NCBI GenBank assembly: GCA_051294905.1
Contig: CM119374.1
Location: 19,592,001-19,656,000 of the forward strand
Reading direction: 5' to 3'
DNA: 64,000 nt
Source of the DNA: Botryllus schlosseri
Taxonomy: Eukaryota
Below the pieces are notes generated by a model. The model saw only the letters and a list, made by a program, of their open reading frames with translations, was not told the DNA's origin and searched no databases. Positions 10,881 to 22,115 of this stretch are shown here, one piece after another (position 1 is the stretch's first letter; each line of letters begins with the position of its first letter). The position numbers were made by a program, and so were the translations under genes.

Positions 10881-13289
10881 AAGACGTTCAATGTGAATGT
10901 TTCATTATGATGTTTTCAACCAATTTTAAAAGGACTGTGTTGTGAATATATTTGTAATATGGGCCCAATATTCGGTATTGCCAGTGTGTTACTTTACTTT
11001 TGAAAAAAACTAATGACAGATCACAATTCGTCAGAATAAATGCTGAATTTCAACAAAAATGTGCATACATATAGTTTTTTTGGCTATAACTCATTTTGTG
11101 TTCACAATAGAGAAAACTTTCTTCAGAAGACAGATAGAAACATGATGCTTCCGCAGATTTTGAGCTATATATCATGACTCTACGACCAGCGGTTGCCGAG
11201 ATGGGCCATTTTACCCCCCCCACGCGCAGAAATTGGGGGGTTGCCGGCTGGAAAATGGGGGCAACACCCTGAAGTCACTTTTTATTGAAGTTTTAGATCA
11301 TTTGTCAGGATTGAGGAAGGCCTTTTTTGATTTGAAAAAAAAAAGTCATTTTCACTCCACCCTAGTCTATATGCTGAGGGTATAATATCTGGTATTTCAA
11401 GAATCCCAAGCACCAATACTAATTGTGATCTGCAAAAACGGCGAAAAAATGATTAATGACAACGAACCCGCCTTCAAGGATCCACCAATCTGAATCGCGA
11501 CTGCTTCGCTTGTGGCAAATTTGTGATAAACAACCAGTTACTTTGTGATATTATATGTGTGTACTTTACCCCCTGGGTTTGCCAGTACGGCAGATCGCGC
11601 CAAGCGATCTTGACGTCAGAAATACCACCTGAGCATGCCGTGTGTGATGTTGTGGAAAGCACATTACGGAAAATATTATCACGAACACAATCAATATGCC
11701 CCCTCGAGGAATTGAGTTCGTAACGCTTACGAACAATAAATTATCAGATATTTGTTATTTATTAATCACCGAACAGAGAATTCACTTCTGTTCTTTACTC
11801 ATTCAAGAACTCAATAAGGCTTTTTGACACTTTGATCTTTGACTTGGTAAGATAGTAATGAGTATTATTTAATGTTTATTGGGTGTATTTCTGCTCCGAC
11901 AATGCTGAGATACAGCACGACTTGGTTGGTAACTCATTTCAAGCATACTTGCTGTTATATGTCATAACCGGACTGCTGAAGTAGACTGACTGAATAGTAC
12001 CTATCACCGTGTTTACTTACACCGTGTGTCACCTCACTGCAGCGACAAGACGATATCGCAATCCGCCATGCGTAAGGTGAAGATAATCCCAAACAACAAC
12101 AAAGCCAATCTGAATTCGTTAATGCCGCCTCTGTGTTTCATTCAATGAATTGGTGGATTGGGATGATATAATGAATCAGACATAATGACGTCGCGCAACT
12201 ATCTTTAGGAAGAAGAATCATATCATTGATACCATCTACGTTTTAGCCGTTTCTGTTCTGTTCTCAACACCCATACGATCCATTTCGTAAATATCTGGAT
12301 ACTTTCACCTCCCGCGATCGTCTATACTACGTATATGGGGCACACCTACAGTTTATGGATCCTTGAACATTTTACAGGTATACAGGAAACTAATTAGAAT
12401 CTATACATTATATTATTTGCATAATATGCTCCCCACGGAACGCACGAAGGCCTAATTCGCTGCGGGAATGCATCGGTATGTCTGTGTTGTTTTAATCCAG
12501 AAATTTGATCTATCAGGAGGAAGTTCGTAATTGATTACTTGTTTCTCTTGTGGTTTTCGAGCCGGCGTCTTATTATGTGTTGGATGTTGACTGTATAGAC
12601 GCACGAATGGAAGTTACGTACTTTTCCGCCTTCCACAAAACAGATGCGCGATTTGTGGACCCTTCTTTGTGAATTGCTAAGGTCATGCTCTGCACACTAC
12701 AAATCCATGGGTGGAAAATAGGTGTATCTATCAGATTTACACCATAGCGCGGGGTGCAGCAAATCTGGTAAACGGCACTTTCAGGCATACACAATTGTTT
12801 TTTACGCCCATTCCAATGGAAGAAAAGAAGTCAAATAACCAATCCTAATAGAGATATATCCCAGGGGTGTACTGGGCTCTATTTACATTCAACACCTATT
12901 TGGCATTTCCTGGGGTGAAACACGAAACGTTCTATACTCATGGGATATATCTCCATACCAGGAATTTCTATCTCAGACGACTGATCAATAATTTACTTGG
13001 ACTGACAACTTCAAATTCCAAATGCTTTGCAAGCATTTCGAATCAACCCGGATTGTACTTACTACTCCAACTTAATATTTTGTCCACAAACCCCAACAAA
13101 ACATCTCTAAACAGACCGATGCTTCTATAAGTAAGCTATTGGCAATTTGGCAATTAAAATGAGTTTGTTCCGTAGGATATTTCATCTCATACAGCCATTC
13201 CGTTGATGTGAGTCCCGAAGCAGTTGTGAATCGAAACTTACTCGCGATTTTGCTAATTTCGAAAATTATAAAGTAGGTTATCAATTATT

Positions 13290-13355
13290 TTGCAAATTTA
13301 GAGGTTTCGCGGACCCACTGGAAATTCTTCGCAGACCTCTGGTTGAGAACTACTG
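13290..13355. mobile_element. Solo right end of a Charlie/MER5-like hAT MITE
   Basis: cgcggacccactgg...ctctggttgagaactactg resembles the ends of the MITEs at 37905 and 39178; no left end or TSD found. Confidence 0.45.
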
Positions 13356-14840
13356 CGCTAGACACCGGCCCACATTCGTGGAATATACGATCAATTATTA
13401 TAATGTGATCCCGGGGATGTTAATGATTTTGGCTGATGTCGTCCACTACGAAAGTGTCCTTTCATCTTATATTGTCACTTTATGGTATTCTATTCTATGT
13501 TGTTGAGGCATTACTTCGTAATATTGATCAACAGCGTCACCGTTCTACGAACGGAGATGGGTTGTTCAGGTGATCTAAATAGAATGATTGTCTATGATTA
13601 GCCTTTGTTAGTTAATCAGTCAATGCGTATATTCAAAAGATCACAAAAGTCAATACGTAACGAGCCATAGAGGTTGTTCACTTCGTGCTGATAGATGACA
13701 TGGAAGGTATTTTCGGATATGGCGCATTCTTCTAAATCAGCCCCAGATGTGCACGAATCTTGTCGACGGATCTTTTTTCAAGTTAAAATGTTCTGTTATA
13801 ATCAGTGTATTATACCATGAATCAAGAGTCCGAGGAAGTTATACAAGCCACTGTATCATGCATAACCAATAACGCACCGATAAATTATTGGTTTAATTGT
13901 CCATTTTTCGCTCTGCGGTACGAATAATTCGCGGGCGATTTCTGGTTCTGCGTCTTAAGTTTACATAGAGGCGTAAGCGAGGTCAATCAATGTTGATATT
14001 TTACAATCGACCATTCAACGAATCGGTTTTGAAAACAAACGCGCAGGTGTCTGGCAGACTTGATCGGGGTAAGGGCAAAAGTATGAAACAATGGCTCTTT
14101 CTCTGTAGCCTGTAACAACATAAATATTGAACGAAGTCAGTTTATTTACTCGAAATCGTCTGCGGGCCGCCAGGTATCCCAATTATTTCCCCCCCGCAAA
14201 CTAGTTACGTAGGTATAAATGGTATGAATTTGCTATCGAAAATCCCCGAAAACTTCACTTTCACTTTGGAGTATGCATTCCAAATGTTATATCTGCGACA
14301 GCCGGCGTTTGATAAATAAATTCACCTACCATATCTTAACACTGGGTTGAGAAGCGACGTGACTACGCGCCCATTACCATGCTAAAACATACCAAGTATT
14401 CGCAGTAAAAACGTCCTCAATGAAATATAACTACCAGCTAGATCTATCATAAAAACGCGACTATTTATTGACCGAGCTAATGTGGTGGGTTCAGATAGAA
14501 CGTGAACATTTCTAACATATGCCATAGGCTATATACCACGATTCCGTTGGATTGCTTTCAGTCGATTGATAACATGATTTCCATTCTCGTCAATATTAGA
14601 TTTTAAACGTAACCTATAACTGCCATCCCCCATTCTGAATCCATGAAAAAATGCAGGCAGAGAGATGAGTCGGCTCCTTGATACCGTATAGTAGCTAATT
14701 CAACTTGATCGAAGTGGCATCGAGTTGAAATCCAGGCGCATGTTTGTCCACAGGGCGCGCTCTCGTGTCGCGAGTATATGGAGTGAAAATCGACCGAGAC
14801 TTGAATGCGCCTGTCCTGTGAACTATATCGATAGCGATGT

Positions 14841-14948
14841 GTGTTTGTCTGTTTGTTTGGGGTATTCAATGTGTTTGTCGACTACAACGGTCATTTACAC
14901 CCGGCATTTTTAATTTCGTACCTGCCGTCTTGTAGCACGGCCCACTTC
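14841..14948 (-). mobile_element. 5'-truncated SINE (family 2) with 15-bp TSD
   Basis: Homologous to 39435-39560 (tgtttgtcgactac...ggtcattta...tagcacggccc.cttcta); (TGTT)n-like tail; perfect direct repeat TATCGATAGCGATGT at 14826-14840 and 14949-14963. Confidence 0.85.
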
Positions 14949-17725
14949 TATCGATAGCGATGTCGTAGTCGGTGTTACTTGGTAATATTCATAATACTGT
15001 TCGAGTTGCGCGAAACCCCAATGAAGGTGAGTCACGGATGCAAATCGTTCTTTGCGCATGTTCTCGATGTTTACTTTTGCTGGTGCTGACCGTGCTGAAG
15101 GAAAAGGTCAAAACAAGGTAATGTGTAACAACACAAGAAAATTTATGCTCGATATGGACTAACGTTCTTCAGGGTGTCGGATAATGGAGAGAGGCACGTA
15201 CGCCATAAATCAGACGGAGATCAGCAGGTGAACTCTATTATTCTCCCACATGGAACCAGCAGATACCTCCCCTATGCGCTATCCTGTATTATTATTTACC
15301 TTTTTAGAAAATGGAACTAATAAACACATTTTAATACTCCGCGAGGTCCATATCTTTACACCAGTAGACGTATAATATCGCTTATGCATAAAGCACAGCT
15401 GGTTTATGGATATTTTAATATGGTGTGCGAGCTCCTATGACGTCACTCGTTCGTTTGTAAAACCCATGCTAAGAGTTAGCTAGTGTTGATTATCGATTAG
15501 CTGCTTGTACATAAGCCACAGGTACGCTAGAATAACAAGGCAAGCAATTTAACAAGAACTTATTTATTGATATGTATTCTCAGCAAACATATTTCGAATG
15601 GGTCTTTTGTAATGCCGTCCTTTACACCGTTTGTCGGCCAAACGGACACCTGATCAAATGAAATAAATACGGATTCGGCACGCGCCTGCCTCGTTGAATC
15701 GTATTTCTCATTCGCCGTAATGGTGGATACTTTGTATGCGTGGCTTAGATCTCTATTGTACATGGTTTGGTCTCGAGAAGACGCATCGGAAACATTATTC
15801 GAGCGGCCTTGACAGTTTTATGTGCTTTAATATGTTGCTCAAACATTTCAAAAACCATCACGGAGAGTTCTCTGACTATGTGAACCTGTCCAGCGACAAC
15901 TGAAAAGAGAAATCTCCGCCAACTGAGCGGTATACGGTAAACTGAACGTCCAAAACACCTGATGCCATCTATAAGATATGTTCGATTTTTTTCGCATAAG
16001 AACAAGCGATAGGATAAACCACAACGACTGTTTTGTGGGTTACAGTCATCTCAGCGACGTCACCGAAGAGGAAGCGTAGCGGGTTTTCCTTGTTCCGCCA
16101 CAACAGTTTGAATTCATGCAGTAAATATATACGCGCCATTGGAAAGGATTGCATTAATAGGCACCCTTAAAATTATTTTTATACCATGTACATTTTACAG
16201 TATACAGGTTACTGATATAAACTTCTCCACTTGTATTTGAAACATGGCTTGCTCACTTGATCAGGAGGCACTTTAACATACTGAATGGTAACTCTTGCAT
16301 GCAATCGCTTTGAACACGCTGGAATGATATCAAAGTCACGTTTTACCATCGTAATCATCACGTAGCAACGGATATTTTTCACGATTTTTGGGAAATATGT
16401 CCGTCAAAATACCATATCCATCGTCCGACTTCACTTTATCTGAACCTTAAAAACCCGCGAAGATGGTTATGAGACGCGCATGACACATACCCAACAGGTA
16501 TTCATTAATTTACTACAGTTTACCTCTGTTCACGTTGCTACAGACCGTTTACAGAAAATATAATATGGCTTCACATTCCTGGTGCGTAACTCACTAGACA
16601 TATCGGCATATCAAAACTTTTTCCGAATAGGTATAGCATATGCTTCCTCTATACCAAAGGACTGAAAATTCCAGTACGATCTCAGTAACAATCACTTCTG
16701 ATAACACAGTTTTGGGTAAATTGGTTGCACCTTAGATACGATTGACATTCCATTTCTTTCATAGGAATCCTAGCAACCGTATAGGTCTTATCGTAATTCC
16801 CAACTTTTGTATCCTATATAATGTCCACGTATCGAAGTGTATCGGTTGAGCCGTGCCTTGCACATGGTATGTTAAGTATCTGCTTGTTATAGGTACTTAC
16901 TGGACTTTCATCAAAACAACCCGATATGTTATTATTACGGTTTGGCATGCACTGTTATTCTCTTGTAACAAATCCTCTCTAACATAAGACTTCGTTTCAA
17001 GTATATTTCGAATTTGCACAAGGTGTATTTCAAAGGAGACTGCAGCAGTGGCAACCAGTTGTTGTCTGAACCACAATTCTTCAAGTGCTTTTAATGTACC
17101 CAGACAATATCAACACAACCAAAATTGGCATGTCAAAATTTGCCACAGTGCTACAGCGCGGCTGGTATTAAATCTTTATAAGAGCGCTCCTGCAGAGAGC
17201 GCAATTTGTATAGTCTCTGCGAAGGTGGTTAAATTTCAGTATGATGTTTCAGTAACCGCCTGAATCGTCGTAACGACTCCTTCAAGGTGTCGACGGCATA
17301 TGTTTATTGAATACTGTGTCAACACCACCGCAAGGATTTCGTAATAGACCATCGGCATGATTTGTGGTGTAATACACGCGTTGATAATAAGTTATCCAAG
17401 AATGCGATCGGAAAATCTATATTGTCCGTCGTGTGCTAACGATGCGACTTGAAACTTGGTCGCGACTGTGAATAATTTAATTTGCTACGTCGCGTATTTA
17501 CTTTGCAAGTCAAATCGAGAAGAATCTCTGTCGTCAGATTAATCATATATAAACGTTGAAAAAGTAAAGGGTCTATCGTTGACAAAAATCCGGTTAGCCA
17601 AGCATTGTCCATTGTCTTGGATCTAATGGTAATATAATTTCACTAGTAATGAGTCAGACTCTGCTCTGTTGTCAACTTATGTGTTCCCGAGGCTTAAGTT
17701 CCCATTGCACTAACACACTTATGAC

Positions 17726-18152
17726 TAGGGTTGCATTTAAAACAAACGGTGTTTTAAACCACTTTGTTTAAAATATATTTTAAACAGTGTTTTAAAAAGA
17801 GGCCTTTAAAAAAATCGTTTTTTTTCAAGTTGTAAAATTAAGCCATAATTGTGTAAATACTTTACAAAACATGTTGTATGAGCCTACGGACAATTACCAC
17901 CCGATGTAGCCGACGTATATCGATATGGAATGATTGGAACAGTCAAAATAATCGGTTCAACAGCAATACATGAATTTCGTCAAAGGAGCTATTTTGACCC
18001 TATTGTTTTAGTTGTCCATGTCAATCCACTATGATGTCACAATCGGATATTCGTAATATCGTGACTTGAAAAAACATAAAAAAAAACAAAAAAAAAACAT
18101 GTTTTAATTAGGGCCTTGTTTTAAATAGGTTTTTGTTTTAAATGCAACCCTA
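17726..18152. mobile_element. hAT MITE family B (TAGGGTTGCATTTAAAACAA TIR), copy 1
   Basis: ~20-bp TIR; perfect TSD CTTATGAC (17718-17725, 18153-18160). Confidence 0.92.
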
Positions 18153-21100
18153 CTTATGACTCGGATTTGAATAATATTTATCTGCAGATGGGTGAACGGG
18201 AACGATTTTAGAACAACCGGGAACGGCATCGTCCATCCAATTCAGCTGTGAGAAGATGATCGCCAGCATTAAAAAAAGCGACTGTGTGTGTGTGTTTCGA
18301 ATTTAATCCCAAGAATACCTTTGTCGACTCCTTTCACGCCGCTACCGTGTAATTAATGGTGAGCGAATCGATATATGCTACCTGAAAAGATTAGGGGTAT
18401 GCGAAGGAAGTGGAACTAAGTGACGTCATATTTCTGCCGTAACGTTGCCATACATACTATGACATGAAGAGTATAAATTTGGAGGCCGTTTAATGCATGA
18501 ATATTATTTCATTTATTCACAGTAAAACTGGTAAATACACGCACACTCCGAGGGAGGGGGTATGCACCGTACGGAAAATGCGAAGATTGAAGTAAACTTT
18601 TAAAATTTCAATAGTATGGTCAAATTGTTGGTTCTGTGCAATGCACGACGATAATTGCGGTAGATCAATATTTGTCAAGGGTTTTAAAGGTAGGGATAAT
18701 TGAAAATGAAGAATAGAAATTAATTTATTCTTTATTCACGGTAAAACTGGTAAAAACAGATATAGATGGAGAACTGGCATGGGCCCTATGAGGCAGAGAT
18801 AGAAATTATTGTTGTTATCATTATTAATATTGTAGAAATTTGGAGGGATGCTAATCGCTATTTGTGACCTCGTGCTCTCCTCGATATTTGGATATTTCAA
18901 ATCAAGCGGTACTGCATGTAACACAACCGAACTGCGAAACTACGAAAATTATACAAGAAAACAATTTACCGAAACACATATCTCATGATATACGATGTGT
19001 GTCATATCGATATGAAATATCAGTGACATTATCGGATACTGCATTGGATCAATAAAACTATAGCCGACGACCATACCAACCCATAAAAAAGTTAGTTCCA
19101 TATCCACGAAGAAACTGTGTTTGGTTTGGGGTCAAGTGCGGTCCAAGAATAAATTATATATAGCGACGGGTTCAGATATATTTATTCGTCCGCAGTTGTT
19201 TTCCGGAAAGTTACATGTGTAGCTACGGTGAGTTTATTACGTTTTAAAAGAGTTTAGAGAAATATTTGTGCCATTAACATGCTTACAGTTGTTCGCAACC
19301 CGTATGCAATCAAAGCGAAGTAAACTGTAACCATTTCACTTGTTTTATTACGGTACCATGAAAAGGTATGTCGGCATCTAGAAGTGCAGGAATTGCCTAG
19401 ACTCGATGTTGTGAAACAGTTTTTAAATTCAAGAATGTTACTTTTTGCATGTACGGAACGATGTCGTATAATTTCATGAGAATTCTAGGCGAATTCACAA
19501 TCTAATAGTGCCTATAAAATCTATAAAGCAAAGCTGTATACAGTTTATGAGGTCACGTGTTTTCTTATCGTTGCCTCACACCATAGCATGGCTTAGTAGG
19601 CTCGACAAGAATCATACTAAGAGAAGGATTTAAAGTATTGTGTCGCCATGCTAAAACGGCTGGCATAGATTAGGTGAGATTGGTATTTACACGTTTTGTG
19701 ATCAACGAATAATTCCAGAAAATAGAAATGCTGCAAACAACAACTTCGCAGATTGCGATATGTAGCGTGTGTATACGCCCATGACGTCAGGCGATTAGTT
19801 CCCTGATGCTATCAATGCCTCGATGGAAAAATATTCTGTTATACCTTTCACTAGAAAATACCTGTCTCGAGTCGCTATATCTGGAGCTTCGTGACAGGGA
19901 AGGGCCATCAGAACCGTTATGCATAACACAAACATCAAAGTTTTTTTAGTAGTATTCAGACAGTAAAAAAAATATGGTATGGATGGACATATGTCTACAT
20001 TTATTAATAGTGGCATATTGCCCCACGGACTAAATCATGCTTTGTTTAATAGTTATTGATACATTGACTATGATAACCTCATTATTCATATTGGTATTAT
20101 TATAGACACACGATAGGTGATTTATAATTTCGAATATGAAATAAACTGCTTTCATGTATACATATGCTGACTTGGTGGTTCGGGCAAAGAACTCTTTCGC
20201 AAGGCTGATGTTCCGTTGTAGAATAGGTGAGATTATCGAGTACTGTAGCCTGTCTACATAGAAAGCAGGAATTGATCCACAGCTGTATATTGCATGGACG
20301 GTCGCAATCATTTAGTGACATCGGGGGCTTAAAATCGTGACAGAATTCGAGAAATACGCAATACAACTGGTCGAGAAATACAATTTTTAACTACATCCTA
20401 GCACCTAAATCTTGATAGTATAGTCACGGAAAGGGGATTAATTAATCTCATGTTACATTAAGCAAAGCTCGTCCAGGGCGGGCAGACTCACATGTAATTT
20501 GTTGGGGCAGCTCTGATGTCTGTCTTGCACTACGATGAATTTATGATGCAAGTAGAGCGTACTTTCGAGTGTACGTAGACGAGTAGTTTTGTAGCCATAT
20601 TTGCATTCGTGAATCTATCATTGTGTAAATACCAGCCTATTTACTCACTGACAGCGTAAGTGCATGCGCCAGTCCTTACGTTTCGATGCTACGATAAGTT
20701 GTTTGAACTTGCCCAATCCATCTAATCTAATTTCGCCTATCGCTCCCAGACAGGGATCTTACTTTTTGAGAGCGATGTGGCTGCTAACGTCCTCATCGCT
20801 TTCACTTATGCCCCAACTCGGCAAAATGGTTTGGTTGTCATATCTATTTTTGTTTTTAGTGGTATTTCGTGGAAAACCTCAACAGTGTATCGAAGTTTTG
20901 GATTGATCGAACGAATTCGAAGCGCCGCTACATGGTAGATAATAACTGCAAGCCGATATGTGTTCATTTCTCTGACGGGTGATAACAAGATGCAGTTCAG
21001 AACGTGGTCGCATAGTCATACATCTCTGTCGGTAAACGATGCGAACTCAGAAGACCAATCGAACACAAGCGTGCATTGCTTGAAGTTGGTCACGTTCTCG

Positions 21101-21804
21101 ATAGAGGATGGTACACAGGAGGCGGATGGGGTGAGAAGAGATCACTGTCCAGTCAGCTACAACAACGTTATTTCGGATCTTTCGCTACTTAAACACCAGC
21201 TGCCATATATGAAATGCAAATGATGCTAAATTTACGGATGGGTGTGACTAAGTGGTCAAAGTATGAATTGTTGTACCTCAAGTAGAGAATAATATCGCAA
21301 ATTTATACTCAGAAGTAGGGATTTCCAAGACATCCTAAACTACATTCAGGTATGGAGAGTGAGAAGTCTCAAAAGTAAGTCAAGAAAGTAGTTTCCTAAA
21401 GCAAATTTGTTCGAGACATTGCATCCTTATAATAGACAATCAAGGGCGGATATACTTTTGAAGCTGAAAGATATACCATCAGGACTAACACGAAATGCCT
21501 AATAAGATATTGAAAATTAGCGTGCTTGTCCAAACAAATATTCGGATCCCACAATACAGGGTCTATTTTGCCCAGTTGTTATAACAATTCTCCTGCAAAT
21601 ATGATGCACGACTATCCACAAGTACTTGATACTTTACCAAGTCCAAAGCATAAATAGATGATAAGTTTGTTTTCTAAACGGTCAAGTAGAAGTACCGGAC
21701 GTTAGTCGAAGATCATATCTACTTGAGTAAGTAAAGTAGTTTGGAAACGTAGAAATACTTCGGTGCTGACCACTTCTTCTTGTGAGTCGAAACACCATTA
21801 TATT

Positions 21805-22115
21805 TACGGTTGCATTTAAAACAAACATGTTTTTTTTGAGCCATGACGCCAGGAATATTCAACTGTGACGTCATATTGGATTGACATTGACAATTGAAAA
21901 TAGAGGGTAAATATAACTCCTTTGATGAAATATCTACGTACCATCCGATATCGTATACGTCGGCTATATCGGGTGGTAATCGTCCGTGGGATCATACAAC
22001 ATGATTTTTGGAAAGTATTTACACAATTATGGCATAATTTTACAACTTAAAAAACACTATTTTTCTGAAATAAGACCTTTATTTAAAACAACCATTTGTT
22101 TTAAATGCAACCCCA
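21805..22115. mobile_element. hAT MITE family B, copy 2 (inverted, shorter)
   Basis: Degenerate TIRs tacggttgcatttaaaac / gttttaaatgcaacccca; internal sequence is reverse-complementary to 17880-18060; TSD attatatt / attgtatt (7/8). Confidence 0.82.

Larger units (their letters stand above)
9042..11364. mobile_element. Non-autonomous hAT (hATm-like) element with ~890-bp inverted arms
   Basis: Termini TAGGGTGGAG...CTCCACCCTA; perfect 8-bp TSD GTCTATAT (9034-9041, 11365-11372); arms 9042-9926 and 10461-11364 are reverse complements. Confidence 0.92.

Noticed and set aside
12851-12953. 13-bp inverted repeat GAGATATATCCCA about 100 bp apart
   Set aside because: No TSD or second copy; too weak to call a MITE.
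15735-15902. + strand 55-aa ORF with a DEDDh-exonuclease-like phrase (LYCTWFGLEKTHRKHYSSGLDS)
   Set aside because: Only a loose motif, with no upstream catalytic motifs or splice support.
19733-19935. Signal-like MFVLCITVLMALPCHEA with a phase-2 donor on -
   Set aside because: Short hydrophobic core, no convincing next exon or promoter; within chance expectation.
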